From Naegleria gruberi (taxonomy: Eukaryota): 64,000 bases of DNA. Below are positions 47,397 through 57,586 of this stretch, one piece after another (position 1 is the first letter of the stretch; every line of letters starts with the position of its first letter). Both the position numbers and the translations under genes were made by a program. The notes beneath the pieces were generated by a model. It was given only the letters and a program-made list of their open reading frames with translations. It was not told where the DNA came from and did no database searches. The DNA is taken from NCBI GenBank assembly GCA_000004985.1, contig GG738857.1; one strand, written 5' to 3'.

Positions 47397-48187
47397 TTTT
47401 TTCAATTAATTTTTAATAAGGAAGGCAATCAATTTTAAAATTCCGCCTAAATTTTGTAAGCCGAATATTCATTCCGCATCGATGCGGTAAGGATGACCCA
47501 CTCACCTCACCAAACTTTGCTACAGCCTTAATTGTTCTTTACGAGACCACATAAAGACTTGACCTCACTACCAAATAAATTTTCATGAACTCTCAGTAAG
47601 TAAGAAAATTGTAAAGTAATTTTGTATTCTGCTAGAGAATAAAGGATATTGAAATGAAAATCTTTGAAGGTAGTACATAAGGTGATGGGTAATGATGTCG
47701 TTGATAACATGTACTGACCTCAATAACAAAGATCTTCAAGTGTTTGATTTGACAACTTGACTATTTGTAAGAATTTTCTTTAATTAATCATTTGATCAAA
47801 ATATCCAAATTTCAACCAGATCAATGACGAGTAGAGATGAGTGTTTAGGTTGGTACTAAGATGATGATCAAAGTACCAGCCACATTCGAATTGAATAAAA
47901 CAAGTTGCGGCTTTCATGTTGGTAGGTACCGAAGCTATTTTTTCTTGCAAGACACACCAGTTGGTGCCACCAGCAGACTATTGAAGAAGGTGGTAATGCA
48001 ATGAGTTTTTAGGGGCAATTAAAAAAAATACCAACGAACCTCACCAATTTTTTGCAACCAACTGTCTTGACAAAGTACTCACCTCCTTTTTGAATTTTGT
48101 CTTGTTGCAGTGTTGGTGCGCATTTAAAGAGAAGAACGTTAGAACATATCAATTTGACCCCAATATACATATTAATTCATCATCATC

Positions 48188-50800
48188 ATGAAACGTAGTT
48201 TTGAACATTTTTCTTCAGACTCTCTGACTAGTACTTCAAGTGGTCATTCCCAAGCCTCTGCCGTTGTTCCTTCATCAGCAACAACTTCAGTTGTTAGTAA
48301 TGGTACCAATAGTAGTAGTACAAGTTCTTTTGAGAGTATTGTTGTTGGAGAACATTCTCCCACATCCATTTCCTCTAAAAATCCATCCAATGGTCTCTTT
48401 TTGATTCCTCCAACAATATCCACGTCGTCGAGTCTCTCAAGCCAAAGCTCAAGTACTGCTTCCGCCTCCTCTTCTCCACTCAGCCCACCCAAACTAACCC
48501 AACAATTGTTTAGTAATGCTATTTGTCAATTACAATCTGTCATTGCCAATAGTACCACTCCAAGTCTGTTCTATCAAAATGCAATTAGACAAATCCTTGC
48601 CTCAACCTTCCCTCAAGTGTACTCTAGTAATAATAATATTAGTCGTTTGCCTCCAACTACTGTTCCTTATCACCACCAAGTGACTGTATCCGTAATACCC
48701 TCTACAAATACCACTACGACCAACAATGGTAGTAGTAATACTAATAACCTTGTAAGAAAAGACACAAACAACTCATCCAATTTTGGAGTTTCTCCAACAC
48801 CTTCTAGACTTTCCCTCTCATCCCAAAACAGAAAATCCTTTCAACAATCATCATCCCATTCCCATAATACAGAAGTTCAACCAGCCAAGAGGGTAAAACT
48901 GACAACTCTAACACATCATATTAGACCTTTACCTTACTGTATAAAACTTCTTATATTGAGTTATATTGAATTACCAATCTTACAATATGTAGAGTTTAGA
49001 GAACTGCCTCACCCATTCAACATTTCCCAAATGGATCATACTATCAAATTAAGAAGGCAAATGACCAAACTAATCTATGGCTATTTTAGTACAGATGTAA
49101 CAAGGAGCATCCACTTACTGTTTTCATGCATCGACTATACAACACATTGCCAAGATTCAACTCACAACCACCACAATTTGAATGATGCACTTTCTGAAGG
49201 TAGTACTAACAGTGGTAATTCCAACAGTATACGGTCTCCACCTCAATCAAGCTTTTCACATTGTCCTCTAGAGACGATCAAACTTTCAGACAAACTTGAT
49301 ATGATAATGTTTAGAAGTAAAAAGTTTGTATCGTTGAGGTTTTCAGATTGTAACCTCAGAGGTGAAGAGATGAAATGTTTGTCCAAGCAAGGTGATTGCA
49401 CAAGAATAACCCATCTCAAGACTATTGATCTGAGTAAGAACCACAACTTTTCCACAAACTCCTTTAAACATTTCCTCTCTTTCCCAGATAATAACGATAT
49501 TCCAGCCACTTATCCTAATCTAACTTATTTAAATTTACTAGAAACATCTACAGACGCTTCCTGTATTTCATTGGCTTGTAAAGCTTTCCCAAAGCTTCAA
49601 ATTCTTAAACACTCTTTCTCAAGTGAACATGTTGTAGAATACAATAGTTGTGTGAAAGCACTGGCTTCTCTCACCCACCTACAACAACTCCACTTGGAAT
49701 GTACCTCTGGCTATTATGAAATGAATATGAAAGAGTTGTTACAAAGCAAGTCTTTAAAGAAGATTGCCCTCTTTGGTTTCCAATTCTCTGATAACAATGT
49801 TAATATTAATGCCTTCAGATACAATGAGTCACTAAAGAAGCTTTCCTTGACCAATTGTTTCATTGCCACCAATAGAGAAAAAGTTGCAGAGTCTATCTCA
49901 AGCAGTACCTCCATTAGAGAATTGATCTTCTCTGAGATTAATCTTGAGAACTCTGATATTCAACTCTTCTCTGAGAGAATGGACAAACTCCAAACACTTA
50001 TCATTGGTGGTTCTGATGCTTTCCACATGAATACAACTGGATTCACAAACTTCCATATGTTGAAAGGGTTGCAAAAGTTCGTCATTGATGGCTTTAGTGA
50101 CTATTGTACACTTAACTTTGAGACTTGTAAGGCATTCTGCCTTTCCAATCTCACTTTCCTTGAATTAGATGGATTCCAAGAGGCTGATGACTCATACCTT
50201 GCTCTCATGCTTAGACAAGGTGTCAACTTGAAGGCTTTAAAGGTCAAGCAAACAAAGATTAATTGTAGAGACAATGCTCTGGCTGACGCTCTCAGAAACC
50301 ACAAATGTTTAAGACATTTGAAGCTTGATGAAAATGAAGCTATTGGTGATGCTGGTGTCTTATTTTTGAATAATAATCTTCCATCTTCACTGGTCAAACT
50401 TGGTTTAACAATGTGTAATATTAGTGATATTGGAGCTAAAGCTCTCCTTGCTAACAAGCAAATTAGAAAATTGAAAGTCAAAATGAATAATATCACTGAT
50501 GAATCTCTCAAGTTGTTAAAGTTTAACACAAGTTTGATTTACATTAGTATTGATGCCCTAAGAAGTGAAGAAATGGTTAGAATTATTGGAGAAGACAACA
50601 AGACACTGAAGCAACTCAGTGTTATCAGCATTCCAGTAACTGAGACAACAATTGAAAGCCTTACAAAGAACACCTCTTTACACTATTTAAAGATTAAGAA
50701 CTGTGACCACTTGAACAGAGATTTGAAACAAAGATTGATTGATCGTGCCTCTTTTGGAGTAATCTTTAGAGGTATATTCTCAGAAGAAGCATTCCTATAG
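48188..50800 (+). CDS. Leucine-rich-repeat (RNI-like) protein with an S/T-rich N-terminus (870 aa)
   Basis: Single ORF. The C-terminal half is RNI-type LRRs (LKHLKLDENEAIGDAGVLFL, LGLTMCNISDIGAKALLAN, LKVKMNNITDESLKLL). Confidence 0.65.
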   Translation: MKRSFEHFSSDSLTSTSSGHSQASAVVPSSATTSVVSNGTNSSSTSSFESIVVGEHSPTSISSKNPSNGLFLIPPTISTSSSLSSQSSSTASASSSPLSPPKLTQQLFSNAICQLQSVIANSTTPSLFYQNAIRQILASTFPQVYSSNNNISRLPPTTVPYHHQVTVSVIPSTNTTTTNNGSSNTNNLVRKDTNNSSNFGVSPTPSRLSLSSQNRKSFQQSSSHSHNTEVQPAKRVKLTTLTHHIRPLPYCIKLLILSYIELPILQYVEFRELPHPFNISQMDHTIKLRRQMTKLIYGYFSTDVTRSIHLLFSCIDYTTHCQDSTHNHHNLNDALSEGSTNSGNSNSIRSPPQSSFSHCPLETIKLSDKLDMIMFRSKKFVSLRFSDCNLRGEEMKCLSKQGDCTRITHLKTIDLSKNHNFSTNSFKHFLSFPDNNDIPATYPNLTYLNLLETSTDASCISLACKAFPKLQILKHSFSSEHVVEYNSCVKALASLTHLQQLHLECTSGYYEMNMKELLQSKSLKKIALFGFQFSDNNVNINAFRYNESLKKLSLTNCFIATNREKVAESISSSTSIRELIFSEINLENSDIQLFSERMDKLQTLIIGGSDAFHMNTTGFTNFHMLKGLQKFVIDGFSDYCTLNFETCKAFCLSNLTFLELDGFQEADDSYLALMLRQGVNLKALKVKQTKINCRDNALADALRNHKCLRHLKLDENEAIGDAGVLFLNNNLPSSLVKLGLTMCNISDIGAKALLANKQIRKLKVKMNNITDESLKLLKFNTSLIYISIDALRSEEMVRIIGEDNKTLKQLSVISIPVTETTIESLTKNTSLHYLKIKNCDHLNRDLKQRLIDRASFGVIFRGIFSEEAFL

Positions 50801-50874
50801 ATTATCCCCCACAATAAACATAAAAAAACAACACGCGATGGTACAAAACACCATTGAGAAAAACACAATTGAGT

Positions 50875-51330
50875 TTAATCTTCTTCCTTATCAAATAGCA
50901 TTTCGTTAACAATTTCTAATGGTAAATCTCTTACGATTGGTACAACTGGATCAGTTTTTTTGGGATTCTTGTTTTCCCACGAACCCAGTACAATATTCTC
51001 TCGTTTCAGATATTTGGTTCTATTGTCTTCTATGCATCTCAAATCATCTAAAGGATAGGAATTGTAATGATAATAAAAGTAATTCCACAAGAAGAATGTA
51101 ATCCACACTACACATAAAAAACAAGGAATAGCCATGGCCCAATATTTGTCAGGGTAATACGTCACTCCAATAATATGAAGCCATTCATCGGGAATATATG
51201 CATAGGAAAGATATAAAAACAGAATTACAAATGTTACAATCCAACCAACAAATCCATATATTTCCACATTACTTGAACTTTTAATGACAGGCAAGTCTCT
51301 TTTTTCCTTTAATTGTTGATGATCATTCAT
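50875..51330 (-). CDS. pigP: Phosphatidylinositol N-acetylglucosaminyltransferase subunit P (PIG-P, GPI-anchor biosynthesis)
   Basis: IYGFVGWIVTFVILFLYLSYAYIPDEWLHIIGVTYYPDKYWAMAIPCFL matches human PIG-P ([50 protein letters not shown]). Confidence 0.8.
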   Translation of the reverse strand: MNDHQQLKEKRDLPVIKSSSNVEIYGFVGWIVTFVILFLYLSYAYIPDEWLHIIGVTYYPDKYWAMAIPCFLCVVWITFFLWNYFYYHYNSYPLDDLRCIEDNRTKYLKRENIVLGSWENKNPKKTDPVVPIVRDLPLEIVNEMLFDKEED

Positions 51331-51700
51331 TCCGATAGAATTTTACTATCATCTGCTTTTTGATATTTTTTTAAAATTAATTTTTAATTGATTTAATTTT
51401 GTTTTGTAAATCAACTAATAAAGAAAACAGATAGAATAAGGTAAAACCAATCGTTTGGATTTTATAAGCAATATTTGATCCTTCAGTCCAAGAATTGAGT
51501 TTTCATTTAATTTTTTAATAAAAATTTTGAAATTTAATTTAATTAATTTTGTATGGCGATTTGATCAAAACTATATCGATTAATGATAATTATTATTAAT
51601 AAGCAATATGTTATAATAGCAATGAATCCTTTGAAAAGAAATACTCTTTACAATTAAAAGCACTTTTTGTATTTTTAGAAAAAAAATAAAATTAAAAAAA

Positions 51701-52641
51701 ATGCAACAATTGCCATCATCAATGCACTCTTTTGGAATGGGAGGCTTTCCTCCTCAAACACAAATGGGATCATCAGAGACTGAACTATTACAAATGATAT
51801 TGGATTTATTAAATCATAATACAAGAGAAAGCGCTTTAATGGATCTTTCGAAAAGAAGAGATTCTTTCCCCAATTTAGCTACAGTTTTGTGGTTTTCTAC
51901 AGGGGTAATGTCTGTTTTATTGCAGGAAATTGTGTCGGTGTATGATCTTCTTGATCCTCCACACTTGACATCAGCAGCATCAAATAGAGTTTGTAACGCT
52001 TTGGCTTTACTTCAATGTGTTGCTTCTCATCCAGAAACCCGTCCACATTTCCTCAATGGTATGTGTTTCCGAAAATTATAATTTTAACATCATCATCATC
52101 AGCCCACATTCCTTTGTTTATGTATCCTTTCCTAAATACCGTTACTAAGAGTAAATCATTTGAATATTTAAGATTAACATCATTAGGTGTTATTGGAGCT
52201 TTAGTGAAATCAGACGAGGATGAAGTTATTAATTTTTTACTTCCTACAGAAATAATTCCATTATGTTTACGTATTATGGAGAGTGGAACAGAACTTTCAC
52301 AGACAGTGGCTACATTTATAATACAAAAGATTTTAACTTTCGACAAGGGATTACATTACATTTGTGCCACACCTGATCGTTTTTATGCTGTTTGCTCAGT
52401 TTTTGGAACAATGGTAAATGATAATCCTTCTTTCAGACTTTTAAAACACATTATAAGATGTTATTTACGTTTATCTGAACATGCTAAAGCTAGAGATGCT
52501 CTCAGTCAATGTTTACCACCATCTTTGAGAGACAAGACTTTCCAAAAGTTTTATGATAGTGATACTAATTTAAAACAAGTCATTTTGAATTTACTAACAA
52601 GAATTGGTGACTTGGAAGCTTATCAAAGACTGTGTAATTAG
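51701..52641 (+). CDS. cnot9: CCR4-NOT complex subunit 9 (CNOT9/Rcd1), 2 exons: join(51701..52058,52103..52641); intron 44 nt
   Basis: [25 protein letters not shown]|A|[77 protein letters not shown] is near-identical to human CNOT9. A 44-nt GTATGT...CAG intron must be removed to keep the frame. Confidence 0.9.
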
Positions 52642-52979
52642 GAAATGTGTACAAATATTGTTTTACTAAACAAAGTAGAACAGAGAAATTAATTTTTAAA
52701 TTACTAAATTTTAATCTAAATCTAAATTTCAATCTAAATTTCTTTTAAATATTTTTCTAATATTATTATCAGTGGTTTAAACAGATATCCAATCTTATCC
52801 ATCATTCAGTTGGAATTAAAATTTGATTAATAATAATTTTATTATTAATATTTTTATTTTAATCATCTGCTTTGTCATAGCTGTGTTGGCAAATCATCAG
52901 AAAAAAATATTGTTGTTTTTGTGGAGAAGAACAATTATTGCCGGCACAACACTTCATCATCAATTAAAATACACAAAGA

Positions 52980-54727
52980 ATGGTCATTATTTCTGTCAGT
53001 GTTATTTCAAAGGCTGGCAAGCCTCTCATCGCTAGACAATTCCGTGATATTAGCAGAGTTAGATTGGAGGGTTTGTTGAGTGCTTTCCCAAAATTGATGG
53101 ATCCAAAGTCCCAACACACCTTTGTTGAAACAGACTCTGTTAGATATGTATATCAATCATTGGATCAATTATTCCTCGTTTTGATCACTACAAAAACTAG
53201 TAATATTGTTGAAGATTTGGAAACTTTACAATTATTCTCTAGAATTGTATGTAAGATATTATTTATACAACAAACAACAACAACATTGATTAACTTTCAA
53301 TTTATTTGCGGAATTAGATTAAAGATATTTGTTTCTCCAATCAAAGAAACTCTGGAACAGGTATTGGTGAAGAAATTATTAGTGAAAATGCTTTCGATTT
53401 AATGTTTGCTTTTGATGAAATTGTATCATTAGGTTATAGAGAATCTGTATCATTGGGTCAAGTTAAAGATATTCTTAAAATGGATTCACAAGAAGAAAAT
53501 CTCCAAGAAGCTATCAAACAAAGACAAATCGAAAATGCCCAATCACATGCTACAATGAAGGCAACAGAAATTGCTATGCAAATTGCAAATAATGGAGGAA
53601 TTCGTACTGGTGGTATTTCAAGTGCAGATAGAGGTATCGGTTCAAGTGGAGGTTCAAGACCAACAGATGTTTATGTTCCACCATCAAATCAAGGAAAGTA
53701 TTCTGGTATTGGATCAGGATCTCGTGAAACATCCTCTAATGTTACTTCATCTTCGTCATCATCATCAGGAGGCTTACCAGCACAAAATACATCCGATAGA
53801 AAACTTAAGGAACAATCTAAACCAAGCAGTCTTAAACAAATGATTTTGAACAGACCAAATAGTAAGAAAGGTTCTCATTCTTTATTGAATGATCTTGTTT
53901 CTAAGGGAGATATTACTCCAACTATTGCTGAAAATACATCAGTACCAGTTTCAACAAAGATTGAATCTGTTGCTGAACAACAAAAGAAAGTTAAGGTTGA
54001 AGATATTCACTTACAAGTTAAGGAAACTTTACAAGTTGAAACAAATAGAGAAGGTGGATTAAATAGTTTGGATGTTAAGGGTGAAATGCACTTGGCAATT
54101 AACGAAACTGGAAACGGTTTTATCAAAGTTAGACTTGTAAATGATTTGAAGGATGGTTTTGTTTCTAAAATACATCCAAATATTGATAAGAAGGAATTTA
54201 GTGATCAACGTACTCTTGCTTTGAAGAGAACTGATAAACCATTCCCAACAGGTAATCCTCTCAAGATTTTAACATGGCGTTCACAAGGAAACTTTGATGA
54301 ATCTGTTTTACCTTTTACTGTAAATTGTTGGCCAAACCCTTCTGGTGGTGAAACTACAGTCAGTATCGAATATAATTTGCAAGACACCAGTGCAGAACTC
54401 CAAAATGTAACAATTTCTGTACCAATTCCAACAAAGGAAGTATCAGTTGAAAGTGCTGATGTTGGTACTTATAGAGTTGATCAAAAGAATGGAAAGTTCA
54501 TTTGGTCATTCGATTTAATTGATTCTTCATGTGCTAGTGGTAGCATTGAATTTGTAATTAATGAGAGAGCTGATGAATCAAGCTTCTTCCCTGTTGATGT
54601 TTCATTCACCTCTGAATACTCAATGTCAGGAACTGAAATTAGAGATGTTTTATCTGTAACTGATTCTTCTGAACAACGATATTCTGTAGAGAAATCTTTG
54701 ACTGTTGCTGAATATAAGATTGTTTAA
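52980..54727 (+). CDS. copd: Coatomer subunit delta (ARCN1/delta-COP), 2 exons: join(52980..53246,53318..54727); intron 71 nt
   Basis: [85 protein letters not shown]|IKDIC...[18 protein letters not shown] aligns with human ARCN1 (MVLLAAAVCTKAGKAIVSRQF...LFSRVIPEYC...CFDLIFAFDEIVALGYRE). Confidence 0.9.
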
Positions 54728-54844
54728 ATGTTATGAAATTTTGAATAAATTAATGTAATCTCTGTAAAAATCTATTTCGCAGTTTTATCAATTCTCCTTT
54801 TTTATGCTCAACAATCACTCCTCAATACTCAAACAAGATAAAAA

Positions 54845-55318
54845 ATGACTCAAAACGATCATCTAGCAGCAACTTCACTCCAATCATTCAATGAAATTAT
54901 CGGAAATGATCAATTAGTAGTTGTGGACTATAAAGCAGTGTGGTGCCCTCCTTGTCAGGCTTCAAAACCACTCTTCCATAAACTTGCAGCTTCTAAACAA
55001 TATGAAAATGTAAAATTCCTAGTTGTGGATGTTGATGAACAAGGCGAAATAGCTCATCAAGAAGGAATTAGTGCCATGCCAACATTCAAAATATATAGAA
55101 ATGGTAAATTATTAGATACAATGGTTGGAGCCAATTTATATGGAGTAGAATCTTTAATAATCAAACATTTGGGACTTCCTCAAAACGTTGAAAGAGTTCT
55201 CACTGATGAAGATTTCAAACAAATGAGAGGATCTCCACTCAAAAATCCAATTGTTATTGTCATATTATTCATTGCTTGTTTTTACCTGATTAAATTCCTT
55301 GTTAGTAAATTACAATAA
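54845..55318 (+). CDS. Thioredoxin-fold protein with a WCPPC active site and a C-terminal TM anchor
   Basis: VVDYKAVWCPPCQASKP...FLVVDVDEQ...AMPTFKIY is a thioredoxin fold. The C-terminal 25 aa are hydrophobic (PIVIVILFIACFYLIKFLV). Confidence 0.7.
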   Translation: MTQNDHLAATSLQSFNEIIGNDQLVVVDYKAVWCPPCQASKPLFHKLAASKQYENVKFLVVDVDEQGEIAHQEGISAMPTFKIYRNGKLLDTMVGANLYGVESLIIKHLGLPQNVERVLTDEDFKQMRGSPLKNPIVIVILFIACFYLIKFLVSKLQ

Positions 55319-55440
55319 AACAATTTTAAATATTGTTCATCATCATATTAAAAAATAGCTAATAGGAAGAAACAAAATCACGGATTGGTGAACATTGTGT
55401 ACATAATTATAAATAAGAATAGTTTAAGAGAGAAAGTAAA

Positions 55441-56250
55441 ATGTTCATAAAAAAAGGCTTTGTTAATCATAAGAGAATTAGCAAGTTTGGTGGCCAAACC
55501 AGAACATTGAACGGAAATATTAAAACAATAATAGGAATGTTAGGAAATAATAATCCATCATCAATTAATTATTTGGAAAATAATTTATCAGCAACAAGAC
55601 AATTTTCGAAAAGTAATAATTTAAAATCTACTACTTCTCCTTCCAGTGATGCTGCTGATGATTCATATTTCAATATTTCAGTTCAAATTAATCAGGATGG
55701 TATTCTGTTTAAGGAATATCCATTTGCACTGAGTAGTGTAGGAAGAGGAAATTCAATTGTTCCATTTCAAGCAATTCGTGAATTTATTCTTGATGATTCA
55801 AATCATGCAGAGATTAGAACACATAATAATGAAATTCTCTTTATGAGATGTGATTTTAATATTGAGGATTTGAAAAAAACAAACATTCCAATATATACAA
55901 GGCAGTCTATTGATCTGTGGTCAGATATTACTGAACCGTTCTTGGATTCGAGCGTTCCTCAGGTTGAAGAGAAAGTGGAACAATTAATTTCTAGATATTC
56001 AATTTCTAGAGAGGAATGTGAAAAATTATATTCAATTATTTCAGAGCCAGTGTTTGCCTACAATTTTGAAACCATGCTATGGGAATATGTTTCTTTGGAT
56101 TTGGTTGATGTATTGTCATCTTTGGATAAAAATTGTCCTCTCTCTCAAAAACCATTATCAGAAGAGAAATTTAAAGAGTTTTACAATTATGCCAATAATT
56201 TTACACTGAAATACGAAAATAGAAATGATTTTACAAAGTATACGGAATAA
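55441..56250 (+). CDS. Hypothetical protein (269 aa); its last 110 bp plus 3' UTR are duplicated at 57417..57580
   Basis: ORF with ATG start. No domain recognised. Confidence 0.5.
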   Translation: MFIKKGFVNHKRISKFGGQTRTLNGNIKTIIGMLGNNNPSSINYLENNLSATRQFSKSNNLKSTTSPSSDAADDSYFNISVQINQDGILFKEYPFALSSVGRGNSIVPFQAIREFILDDSNHAEIRTHNNEILFMRCDFNIEDLKKTNIPIYTRQSIDLWSDITEPFLDSSVPQVEEKVEQLISRYSISREECEKLYSIISEPVFAYNFETMLWEYVSLDLVDVLSSLDKNCPLSQKPLSEEKFKEFYNYANNFTLKYENRNDFTKYTE

Positions 56251-56308
56251 TTTTGGATCAATGATAAAGGAATTTATGACCGAATTAGATGCTTATTTGT
56301 TTTTATTA
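56139..56308 (+). repeat. Direct repeat copy A (about 170 bp: 3' end of gene 55441..56250 plus downstream); copy B at 57417..57580 (about 92% identity, 7-bp deletion)
   Basis: TCTCTCAAAAACCATTATCAGAAGAGAAATTTAAAGAGTTTTACAATTATGCCAATAATTTTAC...GTATACGGAATAATTTTGGAT.AATGATAAAGGAATTTATGA occurs twice, flanking the F-box/LRR ORF 56401..57364. Confidence 0.85.
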
Positions 56309-56400
56309 TTATTTAATATATAAGTGAATGGAACCAATTAACAAATCTTAATATTAGTGGTAATTGGATTTGTATTATTTATGGTGAGGTTGGGTGTGTC

Positions 56401-57364
56401 TTGATAAGGGTCGTAATTATGACAATCTTCCCTCAGGAATGTCATAACACCACCCAGTTCAGTTTTGAACCCAGTAAAGAACAGTGTAAAAAAATGGAAC
56501 AACATAATTCATCAATTATTTTGTCTGATGATATTGTTAATGAAATTCTATCTTTCTTTGATGATTTTAAATTTCTAATCATGAATTGTTCATTAATTTC
56601 TAAACAGTGGTATAATATTATATTATCAACATGTTATCATCTTTCGTGTAAATGTAATAACAAACTTGAATTGAATGGAGAATTTTTACAAAATATTTCA
56701 TCATTAGAAATTGTTAAAGTTACATTGTTTGGTGATTTAAAATTAATTTGTCAATTGAAACAATTAATAAGACTCAATATTTCTAATAATAACATTGATA
56801 GTGAAGACGCTAAATATCAGTGGTCAATTAAAACAATTAACTAGTCTTGATATTTCTAGCAATGCTATTGGTAATGAAGGTGCCCAATATATAAGTGAAT
56901 TGAAACAATTAACATATCTTAATATTAATTGTGCATGGATTGATATTGAAGGAGTTAAATATATTAGTAGTCAATTAAAACAATTAAACCATCTTGATAT
57001 CAGTTATAATAATATTGGTATTGAAGGAGCTAAATATATTAGTGAATTGAAACAATTAACAAATCTTAATATTTCTGATAATAGTATTGGTATTGATGGT
57101 GCTCAATACATTGGAGAATTGAAACAATTAACATATCTTAATATTGGTTCTAATAATATTAGTGATGAGGGTGTTAAATATTTTAAAGAATTAAAACAAT
57201 TAACTCATCTTAATATTTCTGACAATAATATTAGTGATGAGGGAGTAAAACATTTTAAGGAATTAAAACAATTGACACATCTTGATATTCGAAAAAATAA
57301 TATTGGTGATGAAGGCATTGAATATTTGTTTCAATTAAAACAATTGACCAAACTTGAAATTTAA
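56401..57364 (+). pseudogene. F-box/LRR (RNI-type repeat) gene carrying a -2 frameshift at about 56817; likely recently duplicated or inserted and disrupted
   Basis: F-box-like N-terminus (LSDDIVNEILSFFDDFKFLIMNCSLISKQWYNII), then 24-aa repeats LKQLTxLxISxNxIGxEGAKYISE. The repeat phase breaks (...NNIDSEDAKY | (at)C AGT GGT = ISGQLKQLTSLDISSN), giving two overlapping track ORFs (56401..56844 and 56795..57364). The gene is flanked by the 170-bp direct repeats. Confidence 0.6.
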
Positions 57365-57416
57365 TAAAATCTATTTTGAGAGTTTTGTAAGATCATTTTC
57401 ATTCTTGCAACACCAA

Positions 57417-57580
57417 TGTTCTCTCAAAAACCATTATCAGAAGAGAAATTTAAAGAGTTTTACAATTATGCCAATAATTTTACCCTGAAATATGAAATGA
57501 TTTTATAAAGTATACGGAATAATTTTGGATTAATGATAAAGGAATTTATGAAATCTAATTAGATACTTATTTGTTTTATT
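57417..57580 (+). repeat. Direct repeat copy B (duplicate of 56139..56308)
   Basis: See copy A. Its internal 7-bp deletion frameshifts the duplicated coding fragment. Confidence 0.85.
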
Positions 57581-57586
57581 AGAAAT

